From assembly GCA_963785725.1 (NCBI GenBank), contig CAWAWS010000014.1, positions 160,001-224,000 of the forward strand: DNA of 64,000 nucleotides, in the 5' to 3' direction. This DNA comes from an uncultured delta proteobacterium. Lineage in GTDB: Bacteria > Myxococcota_A > Polyangia > Palsa-1104. The notes under the pieces were generated by a model. It saw only the letters and a program-made list of their open reading frames with translations, had not been told where the DNA came from and did no database searches. The number at the start of each line of letters is the position of its first letter. The first letter of the stretch is position 1. A program made the translations under genes and the position numbers. Positions 34,432-44,152 of this stretch are shown one piece after another.

Positions 34432-35139
34432 TTAGCGCGGCGCCTTGACGAAGCGCGCCGGCACACCCATGGCGAGCGCGCCTTCGGGCACGTCATTGGT
34501 GACCACGCTGCCGGACGCGACGACGGCGCCGCGCCCGATGGTAACGCCTTTCATGACCTGCACGCCGCGCCCGAGCCAGACATAGTCGGACAAGGTCGTG
34601 GGCGCGATCTCCTCGACGCGCATGAGCTCGTCGCGCTCGCGCCGATCGGGATCCGACGGGTGACTGTCGGAGTCCGAGATGACACAACGCGCGGCGCAAC
34701 CGACATGACTGCCGATCTTGATGCGCTGATTGACGGAGAAGATGATGTCGCTCGAGAAATAGCAGTCGTCGCCGATGATCAGCTCGGGCTCGTCGACGAA
34801 GCGGCCGCTATCGACCTTGAAGTAGTTGAAGACACAATCGTCGCCGATCGTGATCTTCGTATGGCCGGTGATATAGGGCAGCGCATGAAAGCGCACGCGC
34901 TCGCCGAGCGAATGAATGCGCGCCCGCACCATCGGCTCGTAGAGCAGCTTGCCGGCGACGAGCTCGCGCCCGCCTTCGTAAGCGTCGTGCGCATAATAGA
35001 GCGTCTTATAGAACGCTTTGGTTATGTCAGTCTGCGGAACTTTCCAGCGCTCGAGCCAGCGATAGACATCATGCGCCGCTTTGGCGGCGGGATTGTCTTG
35101 TCGCTTGACCGACAGAACCAGCTTGTCGACGAGATTCAC
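34432..35139 (-). CDS. Left-handed beta-helix acyltransferase
   Basis: Hexapeptide repeats (ITIGDDC, IKIGSHV), VWLG, GVTIGRGAVVASGSVVT, GVPAR. Confidence 0.9.
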   Translation of the reverse strand: MNLVDKLVLSVKRQDNPAAKAAHDVYRWLERWKVPQTDITKAFYKTLYYAHDAYEGGRELVAGKLLYEPMVRARIHSLGERVRFHALPYITGHTKITIGDDCVFNYFKVDSGRFVDEPELIIGDDCYFSSDIIFSVNQRIKIGSHVGCAARCVISDSDSHPSDPDRRERDELMRVEEIAPTTLSDYVWLGRGVQVMKGVTIGRGAVVASGSVVTNDVPEGALAMGVPARFVKAPR

Positions 35140-35154
35140 GGCCGGTGACCGACT

Positions 35155-36340
35155 TTAGGCCCAGACGTCGCCGCGCAGCGACTCGCGGCCAGCGTGCTTT
35201 GTCGAACCCATGCTGCGTAAACAGCGCCAGCACTAGGCGTTCGAGGCCCCAGGCCGCGCAGCCCGTCGACACCGGATTGCCGTCGCTGCCACCGATGTCG
35301 AACGTCTTGCCGAAGAAGTTCTCGTGCAGGTTCGCCGACGCGCAGGCGATGGTGCGCGCCGCGCCGTCCGCTCCCGGCTCGACGTTCAAGCGCATCTCGA
35401 ACTTCAAGTCGTTACGCACCTGCCAATAGGTCTTCGTGGCGTAAGCGGCGCTGAAGAACGGATCATTGGCGGTCTCGAAGACACAATCGAGGTCCCACTC
35501 TTTGACCTGTTGCAGCTGCGCTTCCATGCCCTTTTGTCTGTTCGTGGTGACAAAGGATTCGGTGCCGACGAAGATGATCTCGCGCATCGTGAAGTCCCAC
35601 GCGCGATCGAGACCGACGATGTTCTTCGACTCGTAGCGGAAGCAGCGGCCGACGGCGGTGACGCAGCGCCCTTCGGTCGTCATCTTCGTGTTCTCCATCG
35701 CCTGATAGCAATGGTAACAAACGGCCGGATTCAAGCAGACTTTGGGCGTCTCGAACGCCTTCCAATCGGGCACGTCCAAGTGCGTGCCGTGATCGTTGAC
35801 GCGGCGAAACTCGTCGATTTTGTCGTAATCCTCGACGAGGTGCACGACCATCGACACCGTGTGCGGGAAATACTTGAAGTAGTTGCAGCGCGCCAACACC
35901 TCCGACGGCATCAGCGCCGGATAGTTCTCGTCGACGGCGCCGAAGTCTTTGATACCCAATGTGCGGCACTGACTGTCGATGGCGCGCATGCACGCCAAAG
36001 CGGGACCGGCCAAGCCGACTTGACCGTGGCCTAATTCGAGCACCCAGCGCCGTTTCTTCAGCTCGCCATAGACGTCGTGTCCGTAAGCGCCTTTGTCGCT
36101 TCGCTTGTTCTCGGCGAAGATCTTCTTAGGCAACTTGCGAAAGCGCGAGACCATGGCGTCGACATAGCGCTCGACCTTGTCTTTGGCCTCGGGATCTTTG
36201 TCGTCGACCATGTCGACGTCGATGGCGTCACGCGCGGCATTGACGCGCACGCCGCGCACCGACGGACTGACATAGACCGACTGCTTCTCCAGGTCGGCGG
36301 CCAGATCTTCGTCGACCGCTTTCGGCAGCTGAATGTGCAT
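35155..36340 (-). CDS. Amino acid--[acyl-carrier-protein] ligase (class II SerRS homologue); probable indel near 35185
   Basis: YFKYFPH, PAVCYHCY, CFRYE (motif 2), DFTMREIIFVG, ANDPFF, SANLHENFFG, TGCAAWGLER (motif 3); Cys/Glu/Cys zinc triad; no tRNA-binding coiled coil; directly follows an ACP gene. Confidence 0.88.
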
Positions 36341-36345
36341 TGGGC

Positions 36346-36591
36346 TTAGCCCCCTTGGAGCTGTCCGATGAGCTCCGTCATCTTGCGCACGGTACGGGCC
36401 GACGAATAGGCCTCGTCGGGAACGCTGACGCCGAACTCGTCCTCGAGCGCGAACAAGAGGTCGAGCGCGGCCGTCGATTCCACGCCCAGCTCGCGGAAGA
36501 TGTCGGCGTCGAGCGGGAGCGCGCCGTCCTCTTTCCGCTTGCTGACGCGGCGAATGATGTCGCAAATGCGCGTTTCGATGTTGTCAGTCAT
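36346..36591 (-). CDS. Stand-alone acyl/aminoacyl carrier protein
   Basis: 81 aa acidic protein; LGVESTAALDLLFALEDEFGV with the phosphopantetheine Ser. Confidence 0.9.
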   Translation of the reverse strand: MTDNIETRICDIIRRVSKRKEDGALPLDADIFRELGVESTAALDLLFALEDEFGVSVPDEAYSSARTVRKMTELIGQLQGG

Positions 36592-36609
36592 GATGAGTAG
36601 TCGTCATTG

Positions 36610-37737
36610 TCAGTGGCGGCGTTGAATGCGTTCGTAAACGGCGAAGTAGTCGTCGACCATGCGCTGCGCGGAGTAGCGAGCGAGCGCGCGCCGACGACCC
36701 TCCTCGCCCCATGATACGCCGAGCGCCCGAGCGCTCGCAAGCTGCCACAATCGGCTACCCAACGCGGCCGCGTCGCCGCGCGGGACGAGCGCGCCGGTCG
36801 CCGCCGCCGCGCCGCCACTGCCGTCGACGACGACGGCCGGAATGCCGCCCACCGCCGTCGACACGACCGGCAGCGACGCCGCCATCGCCTCGACGATGAC
36901 CAAAGGTAAGCCCTCGGAGTCGCTGGAGAGCGCGAACACATCGAGCGCGTGCAGGAGCCGCGGCACGTCGCCGCGCGCGCCGAGCGGCAACACCCAACGC
37001 GCGCGCTCGCCCAGCGTCGCCAGCGCCGCATCCAGCGCCGGCTTTTCCGGGCCGTCGCCGACGATGACGAGCCGCAGCCGCTCCGACAAATGCGGCGCCA
37101 GCGCCTGCACCAGTAGCGGCTGATTCTTCTCGCGCACGAGCCGCCCGACGGTCCCGACGACGAACGCGTCCGCCGGCAAGCCCAGCTCCTCGCGCACCGT
37201 CGCCCGCAGCGTCGCCGACGGCGAAAATCGCGAGAGATCGATCCCGTTCTCGATCGTCGTCAGCTTGCGCAAGGCGACGTCGCCGTTGGCGCGCGCCTGC
37301 GCCGCCGTCGTCGCCGACACGGCCACGAACGCGTCACAACACAGCGCCGCCGCCCGCGCCAATAGTCGCCGCCGCCCCCGCATCTCGTTCGCGCCATGCT
37401 TCGTATGCACGCAGCGCGCGCCCGCCAGTCGCGCGGCCGGCGCGCCATAGATCAGCGGCGGCGGATTGTGCGTATGCACAATTTCGATCCGGCGCCGCCG
37501 CAGCGCCAGCGCCAGCTTGCCCACGAGCGTCACGTCGATCCCGCCCGCGCGCTTGCCGAGGCGCACGATGGGAATGCCGTGCGCCGCATATTCCGCCGCC
37601 ATCGGCCCGCCCGCCGGCTCCTCCAGTGACACGACGATGACCTCGGCGCCGCGCGCGCGCTGCCCCGCCGCCAGGTCGAGCGCCACTCGCTCGCCACCGC
37701 CGACCCCGAACGACCCGATCACATGCGCAATGCGCAT
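36610..37737 (-). CDS. Glycosyltransferase family 4
   Basis: GGGE, HTH, ENGID, VGRLVREKN, EGLPLVIVEAMA (EX7E). Confidence 0.92.
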   Translation of the reverse strand: MRIAHVIGSFGVGGGERVALDLAAGQRARGAEVIVVSLEEPAGGPMAAEYAAHGIPIVRLGKRAGGIDVTLVGKLALALRRRRIEIVHTHNPPPLIYGAPAARLAGARCVHTKHGANEMRGRRRLLARAAALCCDAFVAVSATTAAQARANGDVALRKLTTIENGIDLSRFSPSATLRATVREELGLPADAFVVGTVGRLVREKNQPLLVQALAPHLSERLRLVIVGDGPEKPALDAALATLGERARWVLPLGARGDVPRLLHALDVFALSSDSEGLPLVIVEAMAASLPVVSTAVGGIPAVVVDGSGGAAAATGALVPRGDAAALGSRLWQLASARALGVSWGEEGRRRALARYSAQRMVDDYFAVYERIQRRH

Positions 37738-37750
37738 CGATCGCCCGACG

Positions 37751-38479
37751 CTACCGACCCAAACCCTTCAGCATGACCAGCGGCGTCTTGGCGATGATGT
37801 CCAGCTCCGTCGACAAGAACGTCGAGAAGCGCTCCAAATTCGCCGAGTAGGCCAGGTCGAACAGCATCTTCATGCGCATGTCGTCGGCCTCCGAATCGTC
37901 GGCGCCTTCGAGCTGAAATGGGTTGGTCAGCTGCTCCTTGAACTCGCTGATGGGGCTGCCGTTCGGCGCGCGCCCCGAATAGCCGAGCGAGATCTGCGCC
38001 AGCCCCGTGATCCCCGGCTTGACGTTGCGCATGCGCTCCTCGAAGAACGGGATCGCCAGCGCCAGATTCGACAGCAGCTCCGGTCGCTCCGGCCGCGGTC
38101 CGACCAGGCTCATGTCGCCGCGCAAGACGTTCCAGAACTGCGGCAGCTCATCCAGCCGCGTCTTGCGCAAGAAGCGACCCACGCGCGTGACCCGCGGATC
38201 GCCCTCTTTCGCGAGCACGGCGCCGGTATTTCTCTCCGCGTCCGGCCGCATCGTGCGGAACTTCAGCATGTGAAACTCGCGGAAGCGGAAGCCGGTCGTG
38301 CCGTTGCCGTCGGCGCCGAGCAGCTCACCGGCGCGCTTTTGCCGATAGAACAGCGGCCCCGGCGAGTCGAAATAAATGGCCGCGCCGATCAGCGGATAGA
38401 GCGGCACCGTCACCGCCAATCCCACGGCGCCCGCCGCCAGGTCCAGCAATCGCTTGGCGATTCTCACCGACGACGTCAC
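37751..38479 (-). CDS. Priming sugar-phosphate transferase (short PHPT)
   Basis: KRLLD, KFRTM, DPRVTRVGRFLRKTRLDELPQFWNVLRGDMSLVGPRPE, KPGITGLAQ. Confidence 0.93.
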   Translation of the reverse strand: MTSSVRIAKRLLDLAAGAVGLAVTVPLYPLIGAAIYFDSPGPLFYRQKRAGELLGADGNGTTGFRFREFHMLKFRTMRPDAERNTGAVLAKEGDPRVTRVGRFLRKTRLDELPQFWNVLRGDMSLVGPRPERPELLSNLALAIPFFEERMRNVKPGITGLAQISLGYSGRAPNGSPISEFKEQLTNPFQLEGADDSEADDMRMKMLFDLAYSANLERFSTFLSTELDIIAKTPLVMLKGLGR

Positions 38480-38523
38480 TGGCTTTTCACCCCCAACATG
38501 AACCGGCAGTGTATCATGTGGAC

Positions 38524-39012
38524 GTGATCCATCTCCGGGTCCCAGGCACCTTGCGCTACCGCGATCTGGCGGTGCGTGTCGTGGGCGCCGCGTGCAAGCT
38601 GGTCGGTAGCGCGGCCGGCGACTCCGGTCCGCTCCGCTTCAACAACGAGTTCGATCACCAGGTCGTCTCCGCGTTCGGTGAGGCTTTCAACAACGCCGCC
38701 ATCCACAGCTATCGGGGCGAGAGCGGCGATGTCGACATGGAGATCGACGTCGGTGAAGATCGCATCACCATTCACATGCGCGACTGGGGTCCCAGCTTTT
38801 TGCTCGATGACGTGCCCACGCCCGACCTGGATGCGCTGCCGGAGTCGGGGCTGGGGCTGTTCATCATTCGCTCTTTCATGGACGACGTGCAGTACCGTCC
38901 CGGCTCGCCAAACGTGCTCTCCATGACCAAACACCTCGATTCCGCGAGCCGGGCAGTAACCGATCCGGCCGATTCTCTCGATGACAGCGCTGGGGGCAAG
39001 AGTCGCCAATGA
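38524..39012 (+). CDS. RsbW-like anti-sigma factor Ser kinase
   Basis: EAFNNAAIHS (N box), DWG (G1), GLGLFII (G2), MDDV. Confidence 0.9.
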   Translation: MIHLRVPGTLRYRDLAVRVVGAACKLVGSAAGDSGPLRFNNEFDHQVVSAFGEAFNNAAIHSYRGESGDVDMEIDVGEDRITIHMRDWGPSFLLDDVPTPDLDALPESGLGLFIIRSFMDDVQYRPGSPNVLSMTKHLDSASRAVTDPADSLDDSAGGKSRQ

Positions 39013-39308
39013 ACTTCAACAGGACGGATAGCGCGGACCTAACAGTTCTCCGCATTTCCGGCTCATTGGACGCCCTATCGACGCCCGAGCTGCGGCCCAT
39101 GATCGAAACGCTGGTGGCCGAGAAGCGAGCCGAGATCACGGTAGATCTCTCGGAATTACGCATAATTGACAGCTCGGGCGTGGGCGCGATTGTTTCGCTG
39201 TACAAACGAATGAGGGCAGTGGGGTCCAAGGTGGAGGTTGTAGGCCTCAAGGATCAGCCGCTCGCCATCTTTCGACTGCTTAGACTCGACCGAATTTTTA
39301 CGGTATAA
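39009..39308 (+). CDS. STAS anti-anti-sigma factor (RsbV-like)
   Basis: ISGSLD, VDLSELRIIDSSGVG with the phosphoacceptor Ser; ATGA overlap with the kinase gene. Confidence 0.92.
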   Translation: MNFNRTDSADLTVLRISGSLDALSTPELRPMIETLVAEKRAEITVDLSELRIIDSSGVGAIVSLYKRMRAVGSKVEVVGLKDQPLAIFRLLRLDRIFTV

Positions 39309-39343
39309 CCCTCATAGATTTCGTACGCCAGCTGGCGAAATAA

Positions 39344-40718
39344 ATGTCCGACACTCCTGAACCGCACGACCGACCAGCACCTGGCACGGATGCAGCAGAG
39401 TCCGCGGCGGGTGAATTGCGTGCGAATCTACGAGGGGCGGCATTGATGAACTCGGCTCTGAAGATCTCCAGCTCGTCTTCGACTTCGAATCGCTACGGCT
39501 CCGGCGAGTACCGCGACATGCACCGCCGGCTGGGCGCGCTCTCGCGCATCGCCAAGCGTCTGCCCGGTTTGACGAGCGAGCCCGAGCTGTTGGCCGAAGT
39601 CGTGGACTCGCTCTTGACCTATTTCGACACCGCCCGCTTCGTCGAGGTCTTCGTCGCCGATTCGGAGTGGCAGGAGTCGCGGCTCTATTGTCGTGAGCGC
39701 GGCGGCGACTTGCAGACGACCGATTGCGGCGGCATCGACGCGCTGCCCGAGGCCTATCGCGCCGACTTCTCGCTGCCGCGGCTCATCGCCAGCGACGGCG
39801 CGCGCGGCGCGATGATGTCGGCGCCGGTGCTCGAAGGCGTGACGCTGCTGGGCCTGTTGGTCGTCGAAGCGGTGCCCGGCAGCGCCGACTTCACCGACGG
39901 CGATCACGACGCGCTGGCCGGCGTCGCCGCGCAGGTGTCGATGGCGATTCAGCAGGTGCGCACCAAGCATCGTCGCTCGAAATCGAAGCAAATTCAACGT
40001 GATATGGAAGCGGCGCAGCGCATTCAGCGGAGCTTCCTGCCGCTGCTGGCGCCGTCGCTCAACGGCTTCCGCGTCGCCACCGAGTATCGGCCGGCGTTCG
40101 CCGTCGGCGGCGACTTCTACGACGTCATCACCACCGGTGCCGGCCAGCTCATGGGCGTCATCGGCGACGTCGCCGGCAAAGGTGTCGCCGGCGCGCTCAT
40201 GATGTCGCGGGTGTCGAGCGAGAATCCGCCGCTTGGTCGGCGCGCCCACGATTCAGCCGAGCGAAATCCTGAGCAAGCTCAACGACTCGTTCTCGGCGCT
40301 CGGCGTCGACGACAGCTTCATTACTGCCGCCGTCGTCAAGCTGGACCAGGAGTCGCGCCGCTTGACCGTCGCCAACGCCGGCCATGTGCTGCCGCTGGTG
40401 CGGCGCGCGTCGGGCGCGGTGTTGCCGCTCGGCCGCGCGTCCGGTCCGCCCGTCGGCATGCTGCCGAATCAGACCTACAGCGACGACGTGTTCCCGCTCG
40501 GCGTCGGCGACATCGTGCTGCTCATGACCGACGGCGTGCTCGACGCGCTCCATCGCGACGACGATCAGCTCGGGCTGTGGACGGTGATCGATCTGCTCGC
40601 CAACGCGCCGCGCGACCTGACCGAAATCAACAAGCGCATCGTCGCCCTCGTCGAAGAGCGCACCGGCGGCTCGCGCCCCGACGACCTGACCTTGCTCGGC
40701 CTCGAAGTCCTAGAGTAG
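39344..40718 (+). CDS. GAF + PP2C/SpoIIE phosphatase (RsbU-like; frameshift near 40222)
   Basis: MMSAPV GAF segment; IQRSFLP, VGGDFYD, GDVAGKG; continues in ORF 40233..40718 with NAGH, TDG, DDLT. Confidence 0.88.
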
Positions 40719-40795
40719 CTGACCTTTCGTTACTTTCCGTAAGCCGTCGCGCGCAAGCGCCCGCGACAACGCCGCGATTGGGGCGCGCAGCCGGT

Positions 40796-41869
40796 TTACA
40801 TGCCGCAGCCGAGGCCGATGTCGGTGACGTCGACGCCGATGACGAGCATGGTGTAGTCGCCGGTCGTCGTCATGACCTTGAGCTCGTGGTAACCCATCGG
40901 ATTTCCCGGGCGTTCGAGCCACAGCGAGACGACGCGGCCGTCGGGCAGCGCGCACGGCGAGTTGTCGTTGGTGAACGTGCTGGCGACTTGGGCGATCGAG
41001 CCGTTGCCGCTGCGGCGCCAGATCTGCTCGGCGGTCCAGTCGGCTTCGAAGACGAGGTTGCCGTCGGGCAGGAAGTCGCCGCTGTGGACTTCCGAGCCGT
41101 TGCCGACGCCGTTCGGGCCTTCGGCCAGCGTCACGAGCGGCTGCGTCGCGCCCACGCCGTCGATGCCGATGGTGCACAACGTCGTCTGCGGTCCGCAATC
41201 GGCGACGATCGTCTGCTCGTCGGCGCTGAGCGCGGGCAGATCGTGCGTGGGATAGGCGGAGTTGGCCGTCAGTTGCACGGGCGCGTCGAAGGTCATGCCG
41301 CCGCCGGCGCTGCGCCTGGCGAGCCACAAGTCGCGCGTGTGCGCGCCGCCTTCGGCGCTGAAGACGACGAAGGCCGCGTCGCGCGCCACCGCCGGCCGCC
41401 CTTCGGAGTGCACGACGGCGCCGCCGGCCATGACGAGCGTGCCCGTCGTGTCCGTCTTTCCCGTTGGCGACGTGGCGACGAGCGCCAAGCAGGACCACGA
41501 GCCGCAGCCGAAGCGCGTCGTCAAAATGCCGAGCCACAGGCCGTCGCGCGAGAGGCCGACGGCGCTGTCGTCGCCCGCCGACGTCAAGCCGGCGCTGACG
41601 TCTTCGGGCACGGCGCCGCTGACCGCCGCGACGCGATAAATATGCCCATCCTCGCTCAGCCGATAGGCGACGTGCGTCGTCGCGACGCCGGCCAGATCGA
41701 CGGGCGCGTTTCCGGCGTCGTCGGTCCCGGCGAGATCGAAGTTCGTGCCCGCGCCGCCGTCTCCGGTTGGCACGCCGACACGATCAGCCCCATTTCCACC
41801 GCATCCAGACGTGCACAAGAGAACGGCGAGAACGCATTTTCGGAACGTGGTTTCCAATTCGATAGTCAT
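40796..41869 (-). CDS. Lipoprotein with TolB/PD40-like beta-propeller
   Basis: Lipobox SGC; RPAVARDA, PALSADE, FLPDG, ALPDG repeats. Confidence 0.6.
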   Translation of the reverse strand: MTIELETTFRKCVLAVLLCTSGCGGNGADRVGVPTGDGGAGTNFDLAGTDDAGNAPVDLAGVATTHVAYRLSEDGHIYRVAAVSGAVPEDVSAGLTSAGDDSAVGLSRDGLWLGILTTRFGCGSWSCLALVATSPTGKTDTTGTLVMAGGAVVHSEGRPAVARDAAFVVFSAEGGAHTRDLWLARRSAGGGMTFDAPVQLTANSAYPTHDLPALSADEQTIVADCGPQTTLCTIGIDGVGATQPLVTLAEGPNGVGNGSEVHSGDFLPDGNLVFEADWTAEQIWRRSGNGSIAQVASTFTNDNSPCALPDGRVVSLWLERPGNPMGYHELKVMTTTGDYTMLVIGVDVTDIGLGCGM

Positions 41870-41959
41870 TGTAATCCAATTCTGTTTGGTGACCTTCGTA
41901 TCCTAAAATATTCAACGTTTGCGAGTAGATATGACGATTTGCGCGCCTATTTACCGGCT

Positions 41960-43066
41960 ATGGCTGCTGCAGTCTTGTTGCTGGTTGCGTTGGCGCTCAT
42001 CGGCTACGCCTACGTCGGCTATCCGGCGCTCGTCTTCTTGCGCGCGCGCTTCTCGCCGCGGCCGATCCGGCGGGCGCCGATTCGCCCGCACGTCACCGTC
42101 GTCATCGCGGCCTGGAACGAGGCGCGCAACATCTTGCACAAGCTGCAGGATCTGGCGCAGCAGTCGTATCCGCCCGAGCTGACCGAGGTCATCGTGGCCT
42201 GCGACGGCTCCAGCGACGGCACGCCGCTCATCGCCGAGCGCGCGCGGCCGCTTTGGGGTGAGCGGCTGCACGTCGTCAAGATCGCACAGCACTCGGGCAA
42301 GGCGACGGCGCTGAACGCGGCCATGCGGCGGGCGCGCGGCGAGATCGTCGTCTTTACCGACGCGCGCCAAGAGCTGACGCACAACGCGGTGGCGGCGCTG
42401 GTCGACAACTTCGCCGACGCCGAAGTGGGCGCGGTCGGTGGCGAGCTGGTGCTCGCGGGCGACGTGCCGGCGGGCGTGTACTGGAAATACGAGGCGGCGC
42501 TGCGCAAGTGGGAATCGGCGGCGGGCTCGACGATCGGCGTCTCGGGCGCGCTCTACGCCTTGCGCCGCGAGCTGTGGCAGCCGCTGCCGGAAGAGACGAT
42601 CTTGGACGACGTGCTGGTGCCGATGCGGGTGCGGCTGGCCGGCCGCCGCGTCGTGCTCGAGCCGCTGGCCAAGGCGTTCGACCTGGCCGGCGAGAGCTCG
42701 CGCGAGTTCATGCGCAAAGTACGCACGCTGTCGGGCAACTTCCAGCTGCTGGCGCTCGAGCCGCGGCTCCTGTCGCCGCTGGCCAATCCGTCGTGGTTCG
42801 GGCTCATGTCGCACAAGCTCATGCGCCTCGCGGTGCCGTACGCGATGTTGACGGCGCTCGTCGCCGCGGCGCTCTTGCCCGAGCCGTTCCGCGCGATCTT
42901 CTTGGGCGCGCAGCTGATCGCCTATGGCCTGGCGATGGCGCGCTGGCTCGGCGGCGGACAGGCGTCGCGGCTGGCCAAGCTGTGCGAGACCGTCGTCGTG
43001 CTCAACGCCGCGGCCGTCGTCGGTACCTTCCGCTTCTTGCGCTATGGCCGCCGCTTGCAGTGGTGA
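41960..43066 (+). CDS. Membrane-anchored glycosyltransferase family 2 (paralogue of 33296-34428)
   Basis: YAYVGYP, DGSSDGT, GKATALN, TDARQ, YWKYE, ILDD, RKVRTLSGNFQL. Confidence 0.9.
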   Translation: MAAAVLLLVALALIGYAYVGYPALVFLRARFSPRPIRRAPIRPHVTVVIAAWNEARNILHKLQDLAQQSYPPELTEVIVACDGSSDGTPLIAERARPLWGERLHVVKIAQHSGKATALNAAMRRARGEIVVFTDARQELTHNAVAALVDNFADAEVGAVGGELVLAGDVPAGVYWKYEAALRKWESAAGSTIGVSGALYALRRELWQPLPEETILDDVLVPMRVRLAGRRVVLEPLAKAFDLAGESSREFMRKVRTLSGNFQLLALEPRLLSPLANPSWFGLMSHKLMRLAVPYAMLTALVAAALLPEPFRAIFLGAQLIAYGLAMARWLGGGQASRLAKLCETVVVLNAAAVVGTFRFLRYGRRLQW

Positions 43067-43104
43067 TTTTGTTTAAGGCCGTTCGTCGTCTATAACTGCG
43101 GCGC

Positions 43105-44152
43105 ATGTTGCGCGCCGTTCCCGATCGCCAGCTCGACGAGATTCTGTCGAAGGTTTCGCGATCGTTCTACTTGTCGCTGGCCATCTTGCCGCGCGCGATG
43201 CGGACGCAGCTGTCGGCGGCCTATCTCGTCGCGCGCGCGGCCGACACCATCGCCGACACGCGGCTCGTCAAACCCGCGCGGCGCATCGAGCTGCTCGACG
43301 GCATGCGCAAGACGCTGAGCGATCCGGCGCGCATCGCCGATTACGCGCGTGACGTCGGCGGCGAGCTGGTCGCGCCCGACGCCGCCGCCGACGACACCAG
43401 CGCCGCCGAGCGCCTCTTGTTGACGCGCTTGAGCGACTGCCTGACGCGCTTGTCGTCGTTCGCCGACGCCGACCGCGAGCGCGCCCGCAAAGTCATCGAC
43501 CTGCTCATCACCGGCATGGAGCGCGACCTCCAGCGCTTCGCCGATAGCAACCATTTGGTTGCGCTAGAGACGATGGCCGATCTCGACGAGTACACCTATC
43601 TCGCGGCCGGCTGCGTCGGCGAGTATTGGACGGTCATGACGGCGGCGCACGTGCCGACGGTGCGACGGCTTGGCGCGGCCCGACTTCGTGGCGCGCGGCG
43701 TGCGGCTCGGCAAGGCGCTGCAGCTGGTCAACGTCATCCGCGACGCGCCCGCCGATCTGTTGGCCGGGCGCTGCTACATTCCGCGCGAGCTGCTACAGCG
43801 ACACGGGCTCACGCCGGAAGATCTGCTGCACCCGCAGGCGCGGCGGCGGGCGAAGCCGGTGCTCGATGAGCTGCGCCGCTTGGCGTTGGCGCACGTCGAC
43901 GCGGCGTTTCCCTATGTGATGGCGGTGCCGCGTCGCGAGCCGCGCTTGCGGTTGGCGGCGCTGTGGCCGCTGTGGATCGGGCTCGGCACGCTGCACAAGA
44001 TCGCCATCGCCGACGATCCGCTCGATCCGGCGCGGCCGATCAAGATCAGCCGCAACGACGTCTATCGCATCATCGCCGAGTCGTCGTTGGTGGTGAGCGT
44101 CGACAGCGCGCTCGCGGCGCTGCAGCAGCGGCGGCGGCGGCAGGCCGAATGA
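43105..44152 (+). CDS. Squalene/phytoene synthase family protein (frameshift near 43672)
   Basis: KVSRSF, DTIAD, DLDEYTYLAAGCVGE, LQLVNVIRD, GRCYIP. Confidence 0.87.

Noticed and set aside
35155..36340. Housekeeping seryl-tRNA synthetase
   Set aside because: It lacks the tRNA-binding coiled coil, has the zinc-triad motifs of aa:CP ligases and is adjacent to an ACP
39344..43066. 1240-aa ORF that appears to fuse a PP2C phosphatase to a GT2
   Set aside because: Artefact: an indel near 40222 shifts rsbU into a stop-free frame antisense to the 40796-41869 lipoprotein. The real phosphatase C-terminus is in ORF 40233..40718 and the GT2 has its own ATG at 41960.
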